A stretch of 47,277 bases of DNA from an uncultured Bacilli bacterium (GTDB lineage: Bacteria > Bacillota_I > Bacilli_A > RF39 > UBA660). The notes beneath the pieces are model-generated. The model searched no databases. It was not told the origin of the DNA and saw nothing but the letters and a program-made list of their open reading frames with translations. The stretch covers positions 1 to 47,277 of the forward strand of contig CALVYL010000003.1 in the NCBI GenBank assembly GCA_944372215.1, read 5' to 3'. A program made the translations under genes and the position numbers. Positions 1-8,778 of the stretch are shown piece after piece; the stretch's first letter is position 1; every line of letters starts with the position of its first letter.

Positions 1-95
1 TATCTTACTTTTTCTAAATCAGTTAAATCATCAGGCATAGATGTAGCAATAAAGTTTATTGAAGGTATAATATTTTGACCAACTTTTAAGTTCAT
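1..95 (-). CDS. Partial hypothetical protein (N-terminus only; runs off the window edge)
   Basis: ATG at 95 preceded by GGATGTGA; reads MNLKVGQNIIPSINFIATSMPDDLTDLEKVR; shares its upstream 68-bp element with the next gene. Confidence 0.6.
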   Translation of the reverse strand, partial: MNLKVGQNIIPSINFIATSMPDDLTDLEKVR

Positions 96-114
96 AATTA
101 TCACATCCAATATA

Positions 115-182
115 ATTATACAATATAGTAAAATAAAAAGCTAATATTAGTTATAATTCACATGTGCATTTTTTGCACAAGT
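115..182. repeat. 68-bp direct repeat, copy A (promoter-like part plus TGTGCA-TTTTT-TGCACA palindrome)
   Basis: 57/68 identical to 1337-1404 by manual ungapped alignment. Confidence 0.85.
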
Positions 183-242
183 TCAATATTCTTTTGATTA
201 TAGAGAGCTTCATCAATTTTAATTCTGTGAAAATCCACGGAA

Positions 243-1316
243 TTATAATAATTTGTTAGTTTTACTATTTCTGTATTTGTTATATAAACTATATATATAG
301 TTATAGTAATCCTCTTTATGTGAATTATATGTCCTTAAAATTTTGTTTGCTATATTGTATGCATTTTCAAAATCTTCTTTTGTAATTAGCCCATGTTCAT
401 ATACTTTTTTTAATTCTTCCTCATCCATTATTGTGGGTTCATGACCATTAGGAATACAGACATCTAATTTCATATCAACAAAATATGGATTTTCTGGATT
501 ACTAAAATCATTAGTTCTTGTAATATCAAAATAACTTTCTATTAAATTGTCTTGATCATCAAACATAACAGTTAGCCACCAATTCTCTCCTTTAGGAGCA
601 AATATTAATTGTTTATAATTGTTATCTGCTATAGTAATATTACCAATTGGCGAATCAACTAATAAAGGAGATTCTACTAGTTGCATATTCAAATAACAAA
701 CTTTCCCTTCAAAAAATTCATTCTTTTCATCTTCAATTATAACTTCTTTTTTAATAATTCTTTTCCAGTCGTTTCTTCTTAAATCTCTAAATCCAAAAGT
801 AATACTATTATCTTTTAATTTTATTCTAGTAAGATATTCTTCATCTGTTTCTCCAACTATAAAAGCTTCACAGCTTAATTGAACTTTTAATGAAACAGGA
901 TTATTTTTATGAACAGATAAATATATTTCATCTTCTTTTATTATTTCTTTGCATTTTTCAATTGTTAAAAGAAGTCCTTGTTTAGCATAACCTTTACCTC
1001 TATACTCAGGCAATATTCCATATCCTATATGACCTGCTCCATTTCTTAAGAAGTCATTCAAATAATGTCTTATTTTAAATAATCCAACTATCTCATTATC
1101 ATCCCACAAAAAGAAATAAGTATCTGGAACATATCCATCAGGCAATTCTAAACCTTCTGAATTTTTTAACAATTTAGGAATTACTTGATTTACAAATTCG
1201 TCCTTTGTAACATTATGATATTTATTTTCAAATCCATTTTCTTGGGCTGGTATAGCCTTTATTGCTTTATATTCCTTTTCAAAATCTTCGAGGTTTATCT
1301 TTTTTAAATAAAGCAT
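243..1316 (-). CDS. GNAT acetyltransferase fused to a DUF402-like C-terminal domain
   Basis: N-half has GHIGYGILPEYRGKGYA (GNAT motif A); C-half has YFDI...FVDMKLDV...IMDEEEL typical of DUF402; start placed at ATG 1316 after GGAG. Confidence 0.75.
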   Translation of the reverse strand: MLYLKKINLEDFEKEYKAIKAIPAQENGFENKYHNVTKDEFVNQVIPKLLKNSEGLELPDGYVPDTYFFLWDDNEIVGLFKIRHYLNDFLRNGAGHIGYGILPEYRGKGYAKQGLLLTIEKCKEIIKEDEIYLSVHKNNPVSLKVQLSCEAFIVGETDEEYLTRIKLKDNSITFGFRDLRRNDWKRIIKKEVIIEDEKNEFFEGKVCYLNMQLVESPLLVDSPIGNITIADNNYKQLIFAPKGENWWLTVMFDDQDNLIESYFDITRTNDFSNPENPYFVDMKLDVCIPNGHEPTIMDEEELKKVYEHGLITKEDFENAYNIANKILRTYNSHKEDYYNYIYSLYNKYRNSKTNKLL

Positions 1317-1336
1317 AACTATCAACTCCTATACAC

Positions 1337-1404
1337 ATTATACAATATAGTATAATAAAATGCTAATATTAGTTACAACCCACATGTTCCATTTTGGAAC
1401 ATGT
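1337..1404. repeat. 68-bp direct repeat, copy B (TGTTCC-ATTTT-GGAACA palindrome)
   Basis: 57/68 identical to 115-182; includes extended -10 TGTATAAT on the minus strand. Confidence 0.85.
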
Positions 1405-1444
1405 GATATATGTTTCTGAACATGTTCACTGTTTTTCTTTCACA

Positions 1445-1478
1445 AAAAATATTGACAAATGCTAATGTCAATATTTTT
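1445..1478 (-). terminator. Putative intrinsic terminator downstream of secA
   Basis: AAAAATATTGACA / TGTCAATATTTTT inverted repeat. Confidence 0.55.
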
Positions 1479-1528
1479 AATTTTACTTAGTTTTAATTTG
1501 GTCGAATTCGACTAAATTAAAATTTTAA

Positions 1529-4024
1529 CTATACATTCTTTCCACAACAATTCTTGTATTTTTTTCCTGAGCCGCAGATGCAAGGGTCATTCCTGCCTAT
1601 TTTGGCAGCAACTCTTTTTGGTTGAGCTTTGACCTTTTCTTTACCGTCGTTTGCTTGACCTTGTAAAGTTTGTTTTCTTTCAGTATTTTGTCTTACTTCT
1701 GCTTTAAGTAAGAATGTTGCTATATCATTATCTATCTTATTAAGAAGATTTTCAAACATTTCGTAACCTTCCATAGTATATACTTGAACAGGATTACTTT
1801 GAGCATAACCTCTAAGGCCAACACCTTCTTTTAAGTGTTCCATAGCACTCATGTGTTCTACCCAATTTGAATCAATTACTCTTAAAGATATAGCTTTTTC
1901 AAATTCATTCATTAAAGGTGAAGATATCATTTTCTTTTCATAATCTTTAATTACTAAATCGAAAATATAATCAACTACTTCTTGCTCTTTTAAATTTTCA
2001 ATATCTTTAACATCTAAGTTTTGATTTTTTAAGAAATTTGTATTTACATATTCTACTATTTCTGATAAATCATGTTCTGTTAAATAATTTTCTGGTGGAA
2101 TATGTGATTCTACTAAATTTCTAATAGTATTTCTAAATGTTTCGATTATTTTATCATGAATAGATTCTTCATCTAATATTTCATTCCTTCTAGAATAAAT
2201 TATTTCTCTTTGTTCATTTAAAACATTGTCAAAATCAAGAAGACTTTTACGATAATCATAGTTATTTCCTTCAACTTTCTTTTGAGCAGATTCAATAGAT
2301 TTAGTCAAAGTTTTAGAACGGATTGCTTGAGTTTCTTCAAGGCCTAGACTAGTTAACATGTTTTGAATTCTTTCTGTTCCAAAACGACGCATTAAATCAT
2401 CATCAAATGAAACAAAGAATTGACTAGTTCCTGGATCTCCTTGACGACCTGCTCGACCTCTTAATTGGTTATCAATACGACGAGATTCATGTCTTTCAGT
2501 ACCAATTACATAAAGACCACCAAGTTCACGAACACCTTCACCCAATTTTATATCGGTTCCTCGACCTGCCATGTTAGTTGCTAGAGTAATAGCTCCTTTT
2601 TCCCCAGCATGAGCAATAATTTCCGCTTCGCGTTCGTGGTTTTTAGCATTTAATACCTCATGAGGTAATTTATTTTTAGTTAAAAGTTTACTTAATCTTT
2701 CATTTGATTCAACAGATATAGTACCAATAAGTATTGGTCTACCAATACTATGTATTTCTTTAACACAATTTATTATTGCTTCATATTTTCCTTTTTCAGT
2801 TGGATAAAGTAAATCCGCTAGATCTTCTCTGATTACTGGTTTATTTGTTGGAATTTCTATGACATACATATTATATATATTTCTAAATTCTTCTTCTTCA
2901 GTTTTAGCAGTACCAGTCATACCAGCAAGTTTATTATACATTCTAAATAAATTTTGATAAGTAATTGTGGCCATAGTTTTTGTTTCAGTATTAATTGTTA
3001 CGCCTTCTTTAGCTTCAATTGCTTGATGTAAGCCTTCAGAATATTGTTTTCCGTGCATAAGTCGACCTGTAAATTGATCAACTATTACAATCGTGCCATT
3101 TTCAACGACATAATCAACATCTTTTTTAAAACCATAATTAGCTTTTAGAGCTTGATTAATATGATGAACTAAAACGGTATTATCTAAATCATAAAGATTT
3201 TGGATATTTAGTAATTTTTCCACTTTTTTACTACCATCTTCAGTTAATGATACATTTTTAGTTTTTAGATCAACTGTATAATCAGCGTCTTCTTTAAGTT
3301 TTTTAGCAACTCGATCAGCATCAATATACAAATTATTTGTATTCATCCTGCCACCACTAATTATTAATGGGGTTCTAGCTTCATCAATTAAAATAGAGTC
3401 AACCTCATCGATAATACAAAAGTTTAAGCCTCTTTGAACTCGATTTTCTTTTTTTACAACCATATTATCTCGAAGATAATCAAATCCTATTTCACTATTA
3501 GTTGAATAAGTTATATCAGCATTATAAGCGGCTTGTTTTTCTTTAGTACTTATTGCTCGAAGATTTACACCAACAGAGATACCTAATAACTCATAAATTG
3601 GTCCCATCCATTCGGCATTTCTTTGCGACAAATATTCATTGGTTGTTACAACATGTACACCTTTTCCTTCAAGAGCATTTAGGTAAGCCGGCAAAACGGT
3701 GGTTAAGGTTTTTCCTTCACCGGTTTTCATTTCCGCAATATTACCATAATGAATAGCTAATCCCCCAAGGATTTGCACATGGAATGGCTTTTCCCCAATA
3801 GCTCTATAAGCCGCTTCTCGAGCTACTGCAAAAGCTGGAACTATTATATCTTCTAAAGTTTTTCCTGTTTCCAGTTCGGCCTTAAATTCAATAGTTTTTT
3901 CTTTAAGTTCAGCATCACTTAATTTTTGAATTTCTGGTTCCATTACTTCGATTTTCTCAGCAATTTTTTCAAAACGACTTAATTCTTTATATTCACTATC
4001 TAATAATTTCTTTAAAAATTTCAT
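1529..4024 (-). CDS. secA: Preprotein translocase ATPase SecA
   Basis: MKTGEGKT, DEVDSILIDEARTPLIIS, TNMAGRGTDI, C-terminal GRNDPCICGSGKKYKNCC. Confidence 0.98.
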   Translation of the reverse strand: MKFLKKLLDSEYKELSRFEKIAEKIEVMEPEIQKLSDAELKEKTIEFKAELETGKTLEDIIVPAFAVAREAAYRAIGEKPFHVQILGGLAIHYGNIAEMKTGEGKTLTTVLPAYLNALEGKGVHVVTTNEYLSQRNAEWMGPIYELLGISVGVNLRAISTKEKQAAYNADITYSTNSEIGFDYLRDNMVVKKENRVQRGLNFCIIDEVDSILIDEARTPLIISGGRMNTNNLYIDADRVAKKLKEDADYTVDLKTKNVSLTEDGSKKVEKLLNIQNLYDLDNTVLVHHINQALKANYGFKKDVDYVVENGTIVIVDQFTGRLMHGKQYSEGLHQAIEAKEGVTINTETKTMATITYQNLFRMYNKLAGMTGTAKTEEEEFRNIYNMYVIEIPTNKPVIREDLADLLYPTEKGKYEAIINCVKEIHSIGRPILIGTISVESNERLSKLLTKNKLPHEVLNAKNHEREAEIIAHAGEKGAITLATNMAGRGTDIKLGEGVRELGGLYVIGTERHESRRIDNQLRGRAGRQGDPGTSQFFVSFDDDLMRRFGTERIQNMLTSLGLEETQAIRSKTLTKSIESAQKKVEGNNYDYRKSLLDFDNVLNEQREIIYSRRNEILDEESIHDKIIETFRNTIRNLVESHIPPENYLTEHDLSEIVEYVNTNFLKNQNLDVKDIENLKEQEVVDYIFDLVIKDYEKKMISSPLMNEFEKAISLRVIDSNWVEHMSAMEHLKEGVGLRGYAQSNPVQVYTMEGYEMFENLLNKIDNDIATFLLKAEVRQNTERKQTLQGQANDGKEKVKAQPKRVAAKIGRNDPCICGSGKKYKNCCGKNV

Positions 4025-4110
4025 TTTCCACCTCAACTTAAATTATACCAAAAAAAATAAGAGTTTTAAACTCTTATTATTATTTTCGTTAATTTTTTAA
4101 TGAAATTTAA

Positions 4111-4641
4111 TTATTTTACATTAATTATACCGTAGCTACCATCTTTTCGCTTATATAAAACGGATACACAATCTTCATCAATATTTTTGAAGACAAAGAA
4201 ATCATGGTTTAAAAGTTCAATTTGTAATATTGCTTCTTCTTCATCCATTGGTTTCATATCAATATCTTTTCTTTTAACGATTTTATCTTCAGTTTCATTT
4301 TCGATTGCTTCATAATCAAAATTCATTTCAAATTTTGGTACATCACGGTATTTCTTTTCTAACTTAGCTTTGTTTTTTCTAATTTGACCTTCCAGTTTAT
4401 CAATAACTAAATCTGTTGCCGCATATAAGTCTTGATGTCTTTCTTCTGCTCTTAAAGTAAATTTGCTTGTTGGAACTGTAACCTCAATACTTTGATCTTG
4501 ATTCTTAACTTTTATAAGAACCTTACATTCAATTTCCTTTGGTTTTTCAAAATACTTATCAAGTCTACTTAATTTTTCTGTTATGTATTCTTTAATTGCT
4601 TTGGTAACTGTTATTTTATCACCACGAATACTTATTTTCAA
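4111..4641 (-). CDS. hpf: Long ribosome hibernation promoting factor (HPF/YvyD)
   Basis: DLYAATDLVIDKLEGQIRKNK and KPMDEEEAILQIELLNHDFFVF; upstream of secA as in Bacilli; TTG start. Confidence 0.95.
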   Translation of the reverse strand: MKISIRGDKITVTKAIKEYITEKLSRLDKYFEKPKEIECKVLIKVKNQDQSIEVTVPTSKFTLRAEERHQDLYAATDLVIDKLEGQIRKNKAKLEKKYRDVPKFEMNFDYEAIENETEDKIVKRKDIDMKPMDEEEAILQIELLNHDFFVFKNIDEDCVSVLYKRKDGSYGIINVK

Positions 4642-4833
4642 AATATATCACCTCTATTAATAATATACCATAAATTATGAAAAAAAACTACATATTAGTT
4701 AGAAAAACACATGTGTTATGTACATGTGTAGCCTTCTTCCATACCTCTTTTAACTCACTAAATATTCTTCGCTGTTATATAAAACAGCAAGAAAAAACCA
4801 GAAAACATTTTTTAATCTGGTTTTGGTAATTCA

Positions 4834-5049
4834 TCAACCTATTATGGCCTTTTCTTCTTCTACTACATCAATTGCTTGTAAACCCTTTGCTGTTTCAATA
4901 AGTTTAAAATTAACTAAAGAGCCTTCGGTTAATGTCTTATACCCATCTTTGACTATAGCAGAATAATGCACGAAAATGTCAGATAGTTGGTCATATTCGA
5001 TAAAGCCATAGCCTTTTTCGTTGTTGAACCATTTAACTTTGCCTTGCAT
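4834..5049 (-). CDS. Cold-shock domain protein
   Basis: MQGKVKWFNNEKGYGFI and DIFVHYSAI (RNP1/RNP2); ATG 5049 after AAGGAGTGA. Confidence 0.95.
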   Translation of the reverse strand: MQGKVKWFNNEKGYGFIEYDQLSDIFVHYSAIVKDGYKTLTEGSLVNFKLIETAKGLQAIDVVEEEKAIIG

Positions 5050-5118
5050 CACTTCAATCACTCCTTCCTTCTTTATCTTAACTTTACCACTAAAATAATT
5101 GTATTGCAAGAAAAACCA

Positions 5119-5135
5119 TTCGACAAAATTCGACA
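5119..5135 (-). promoter_or_regulatory. Tandem Spo0A boxes upstream of the csp promoter
   Basis: Minus strand TGTCGAA-TTT-TGTCGAA, then TTGCAA-17-TAAAGT with a TG extension. Confidence 0.6.
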
Positions 5136-5165
5136 AAAAAATTAGCACATTATAGGAATTTTATG

Positions 5166-5765
5166 CTAATTATTATCTATTAGATAGGTCTCAAAGTTAG
5201 TAAATATGTAGGTTTTATTATCATACTTATTTTCAAATTCTTGAAATACTGTTTCCAAAAATTCTCCATGTCCTAATAAAATTATTTCTTTATTTTGAAT
5301 TTTATCTTTAATACTGGAAAGTAATCTGTCAATATTAGAGAAATAATTATTATATATAATAAAAGAATTTATTTTTTTATATTCATCAATAAATGTCAAT
5401 GACATATAATTATCAAATATATTTAAGTAACAGTTGTTATTATTTAATTTATAGGTTTTTATTTCGTTTTCTATTATAATTTTACGATAATTAAATCTTT
5501 CCAATATTTTTTTTAATATTGTTATATCTGCTGGTGTATAGTTTGGAGATACAATTATTTTAATTGTATCTCCAAGTATATTATTATTTAAATTGTTATC
5601 TTTTAAAATTTTTTCATATACTTTAATAAATTTATCAATATTATATATTTTACCATACTCTATAATACTTTTATTTATTTTAAATCTTATTAAATTATCT
5701 CTTTTTTTATTTTTTAAATATATACAATCATCCGTTAAATATACTATATTGTTTATTTTTGTCAT
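5166..5765 (-). CDS. Hypothetical protein, probable degenerate actin-fold (Mbl/MreB-like)
   Basis: Directly downstream of spoIIID where mbl lies in B. subtilis; IEYGKIYN, IKIIVSPNYT and IILLGHG parallel MreB segments, but ATP motifs are lost. Confidence 0.5.
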   Translation of the reverse strand: MTKINNIVYLTDDCIYLKNKKRDNLIRFKINKSIIEYGKIYNIDKFIKVYEKILKDNNLNNNILGDTIKIIVSPNYTPADITILKKILERFNYRKIIIENEIKTYKLNNNNCYLNIFDNYMSLTFIDEYKKINSFIIYNNYFSNIDRLLSSIKDKIQNKEIILLGHGEFLETVFQEFENKYDNKTYIFTNFETYLIDNN

Positions 5766-5767
5766 AG

Positions 5768-6016
5768 TTAACCTTTCTTATATTTAGCTTTAGTACTTTC
5801 TCCTCCCCGTAAATGTTTTGTTCTCTCATGATTATCAAATATTTCATTAATTGATTTAGATAAATTTTCATCTATATGTTTTAATCTTCTCGATAAATCA
5901 TTATGAACTGTACTTTTACTGATATTAAATTTACTTGCTGTTTCTCTAATAGTTTCTTTCGTGTTTAAAATATGATTGGCCTCATCTAAAACACGTTTTT
6001 TTATATTTTCTTTCAT
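5768..6016 (-). CDS. spoIIID: Sporulation transcription regulator SpoIIID
   Basis: IKKRVLDEANHIL..KETIRETASKFNISKSTVHNDLSRRL and RTKHLRGGESTKAKY. Confidence 0.92.
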   Translation of the reverse strand: MKENIKKRVLDEANHILNTKETIRETASKFNISKSTVHNDLSRRLKHIDENLSKSINEIFDNHERTKHLRGGESTKAKYKKG

Positions 6017-6063
6017 AACCAAACAACCCCTTAATAAATTATATTAATTAAGGGATTATTTTA

Positions 6064-6714
6064 TTATTGTAAATCTTCAATATTCATGTTGTAAAAATCT
6101 TCAGGATCTATTGTATTACCATTATAATAGACCTCAATTAATAAGGAATTATCTTTTTCTCCTTCAAGAAGATTGTCGCCGCTCTTACCTATGATATCAC
6201 CACTTTTTACAATGTCATCTTTCTTAACGGTTACCTCACCTAAACTATAATAAACTGTTTTTAAATTAGGATTATGGGTTATTTCAACAACATTTCCTAA
6301 GATTTCATCCGTTGTTACATTAGTTATTGTTCCATCATAAGTACTTAATACATCAAATGTTTCATCTGATGAATATAATACACCACTATTTTGTAAATAT
6401 GTCTTTTCATAATAGACTAATGAATTTGCCTGAGTAGCTTCATCATCTGTCATATCATAATATGATTTAGAAATTCCTACTGAAGAAGCTGTAAATGGTT
6501 TTACAATTTTAGATTCAGTAGTTACATCAGTGGGATTTTCCTCCTCTTTAATTACGGGAGTTACATTATCATCTAGGGCATCGGTTGCTAAATCTTGATA
6601 TTGTAACTCTTTTTGCAATGCACTACCTAAAAATGAAACACTAACAAACAGCACTGCAATAACTAGAACATAAACAGTTGGTAAGACATAGCCTTTTAAT
6701 TTTCTTTTTTTCAT
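6064..6714 (-). CDS. SpoIIQ-like M23/LytM-domain membrane protein
   Basis: N-terminal TM after YVLPTVY, YYD...QANSLVYY...YLQNSGV, degenerate LytM motifs; between spoIID and spoIIID. Confidence 0.8.
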   Translation of the reverse strand: MKKRKLKGYVLPTVYVLVIAVLFVSVSFLGSALQKELQYQDLATDALDDNVTPVIKEEENPTDVTTESKIVKPFTASSVGISKSYYDMTDDEATQANSLVYYEKTYLQNSGVLYSSDETFDVLSTYDGTITNVTTDEILGNVVEITHNPNLKTVYYSLGEVTVKKDDIVKSGDIIGKSGDNLLEGEKDNSLLIEVYYNGNTIDPEDFYNMNIEDLQ

Positions 6715-6756
6715 AATTCACCATCCTAATAAAAGTATGGAAATTATTGTTAAAAT

Positions 6757-7668
6757 TTATACATTTATTTTTTCTAATTCAACATTTTTATAATAATATT
6801 TTAATATTTCTTCGTAATTATATCCCAATTTTGCCATTTCATTAGCCCCATATTGACTCATCCCTACCCCATGGCCATAACCATTTGTAGTAATATTTAT
6901 ATTATCAGAAATATCAATTGTAAAATCTGTTGAACGTAAACCTAAAAGTGTACGGAATTCAGTTCCTTTAAAACTTTTGTTATTAACTACAATATTATCA
7001 ACACGATTAGTAGCATTTCGAGTAATATCATTAATCATAATACTTGAACAATCAATATTTAATTTATTACAAAATTCTTCTTTAGTAAATGTTGTATTAA
7101 TTGTAAAATTTTTTACATCTTTATCCCATGGAGAATCTACACTTACTAAGTATTCTTTGGACTCACCAAAAACACTTGCAACATCTTCGGTATAACCATT
7201 ACTCATTGAAAAATAATAAGCACTTATAACCTCATCTTCATAAGTCATTACCATACCTTTAGTGTCATCTATAGCATCTTTTATTTTATCATAATAGTAT
7301 TCATAGTCTTCGCCCCATTTTTCCCTCATATCACTTTCAGTTATATAAACTTGATTAGTTATATCTGATAAAATATCATAATCAGCAGTTGTAGTATTCA
7401 TTTTATAAAGAGCATAAGAACGGGCTGCTACCGCTTGGGCCTTTAAGGCTTCTTCTTCAAACGATGCTGGCATTTCCCCAGCTAGAACACCAATTAAATA
7501 TTCTTCTAAATCAATGGCTTTTATTTCATTTGATTCACTATCCTTCAAAGTAATTTGAATATTTTTATCTTCATTTTCTTTTAAAAAAGTAGTTTCGGGA
7601 GTGAAACTACTAAAAATGGCTACAATACTTAAAATAATTATTGGTATAATTAAATATTTGTTTTTCAT
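6757..7668 (-). CDS. spoIID: Stage II sporulation protein D (lytic transglycosylase)
   Basis: LEEYLIGVLAGEMPASFEEEALKAQAVAARSY and GYGHGVGMSQYGA. Confidence 0.95.
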   Translation of the reverse strand: MKNKYLIIPIIILSIVAIFSSFTPETTFLKENEDKNIQITLKDSESNEIKAIDLEEYLIGVLAGEMPASFEEEALKAQAVAARSYALYKMNTTTADYDILSDITNQVYITESDMREKWGEDYEYYYDKIKDAIDDTKGMVMTYEDEVISAYYFSMSNGYTEDVASVFGESKEYLVSVDSPWDKDVKNFTINTTFTKEEFCNKLNIDCSSIMINDITRNATNRVDNIVVNNKSFKGTEFRTLLGLRSTDFTIDISDNINITTNGYGHGVGMSQYGANEMAKLGYNYEEILKYYYKNVELEKINV

Positions 7669-7691
7669 AATTAAATTATATTCCTAAAGCT

Positions 7692-7877
7692 CTAAAATAT
7701 GTTGGTAAAATCCATAATGAAATTAGCTAGCAAATAACCTAAAGCTAAACTGAGTGATACTACTAAAACTCTTGCTTCTATTACTTTATCTTTTTTAATA
7801 ACGCCATTAAAATTAATGCCCGATATTGCAAAAGCCGCAATAAAGGTACAAATGATATATAGAGCAATTTTAAACAT
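7692..7877 (-). CDS. Small membrane protein, YwzB/DUF1146 family
   Basis: 61 aa with two TM segments, EARVLVVSLSLALGYLLANF; upstream of spoIID. Confidence 0.75.
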   Translation of the reverse strand: MFKIALYIICTFIAAFAISGINFNGVIKKDKVIEARVLVVSLSLALGYLLANFIMDFTNIF

Positions 7878-8319
7878 GATAAGTACCTTCTTCTATTTCT
7901 TTTATTTTTTCGATTCTTCTTAAATGTCTTTCTTCACTTGGGGATTTAGTTGCTATAAAAGTATCAACTATTTTATAGATATCTTCTATTTTTAAATTAA
8001 TACCAATAGCTATGACATTTGCTCCATTATGATTCTTGGCAGTAAAAGCATCATTTTCATCAAATACCCTGGCACATCTTATGCCCTTTACCTTGTTGGC
8101 GGCGATACTCATACCAATACCTGAACCACAGACTAAAATACCTAAAGCATTATTTTCTAAAACCTTCTGGCAAGTAAGATAAGCAAAATCCGGGTAGTCA
8201 TCAGTTGGATTATTGGTTAAATCAACTGAATAAGCTGCAATACCATTACTTTTTAAATAATTAATTATATCATCTTTATACTTTGCTCCTTGGTGATCTA
8301 CACCTATAAATATTTTTAT
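7870..8319 (-). CDS. rpiB: Ribose-5-phosphate isomerase B (RpiB/LacA-B family), apparent ATA start
   Basis: Frame is open upstream of the track ORF: IKIFIGVDHQG...DDYPDFA...GILVCGSGIGMSIAANKVKGIRCA; AAGGAG lies 9 nt before ATA at 8319. Confidence 0.85.
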   Translation of the reverse strand: MKIFIGVDHQGAKYKDDIINYLKSNGIAAYSVDLTNNPTDDYPDFAYLTCQKVLENNALGILVCGSGIGMSIAANKVKGIRCARVFDENDAFTAKNHNGANVIAIGINLKIEDIYKIVDTFIATKSPSEERHLRRIEKIKEIEEGTYHV

Positions 8320-8377
8320 AATTATCAGCTCCTTATATTAATTATACATTAAATATAGAAAAAAAACAAAAATATTA

Positions 8378-8590
8378 CTACTTTTGTTCTTGATTTAAGC
8401 CAAATTTTCTATTAAATTGTTCAATCTTTCCAGTCTTCTTTACTTTACCTTGAGTACCTGTATAGAATGGATGACATTCACTACAAATTTCAACATCGAT
8501 TTTATCTTTTGTTGACATTGTTTTAAATGTTGCTCCACAAGCACATGTAACAGTAGCTTCTTTCATTTCTGGATGAATATTTGCTTTCAT
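8378..8590 (-). CDS. rpmE: 50S ribosomal protein L31 (Zn-binding type)
   Basis: [21 protein letters not shown]. Confidence 0.97.
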   Translation of the reverse strand: MKANIHPEMKEATVTCACGATFKTMSTKDKIDVEICSECHPFYTGTQGKVKKTGKIEQFNRKFGLNQEQK

Positions 8591-8778
8591 AATTCACTCC
8601 TTCCGCCATGTCAATTTTTTGACATAGTAATTCCTTTGACTTTATTATTATATCATACTTTTTTATTATAGCAAGTAAAATTAGAGTTTTTTATTACTCT
8701 TTCTAAGAATATTTTTTTAGAAAAAATGCCGCGTTTTTGTCTGTTTTATTTATTATACATTATTAGCATTTCTACTAT

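Noticed and set aside
1491-1522. Recombination site at the TTTTAATTTGGTCGAATTCGACTAAATTAAAA palindrome
   Set aside because: Single copy immediately after the secA stop; most simply a terminator or stability hairpin
7870-8112. Truncated rpiB pseudogene as suggested by the ORF track
   Set aside because: The frame is open and conserved up to 8319 with a good SD; only the start codon is atypical
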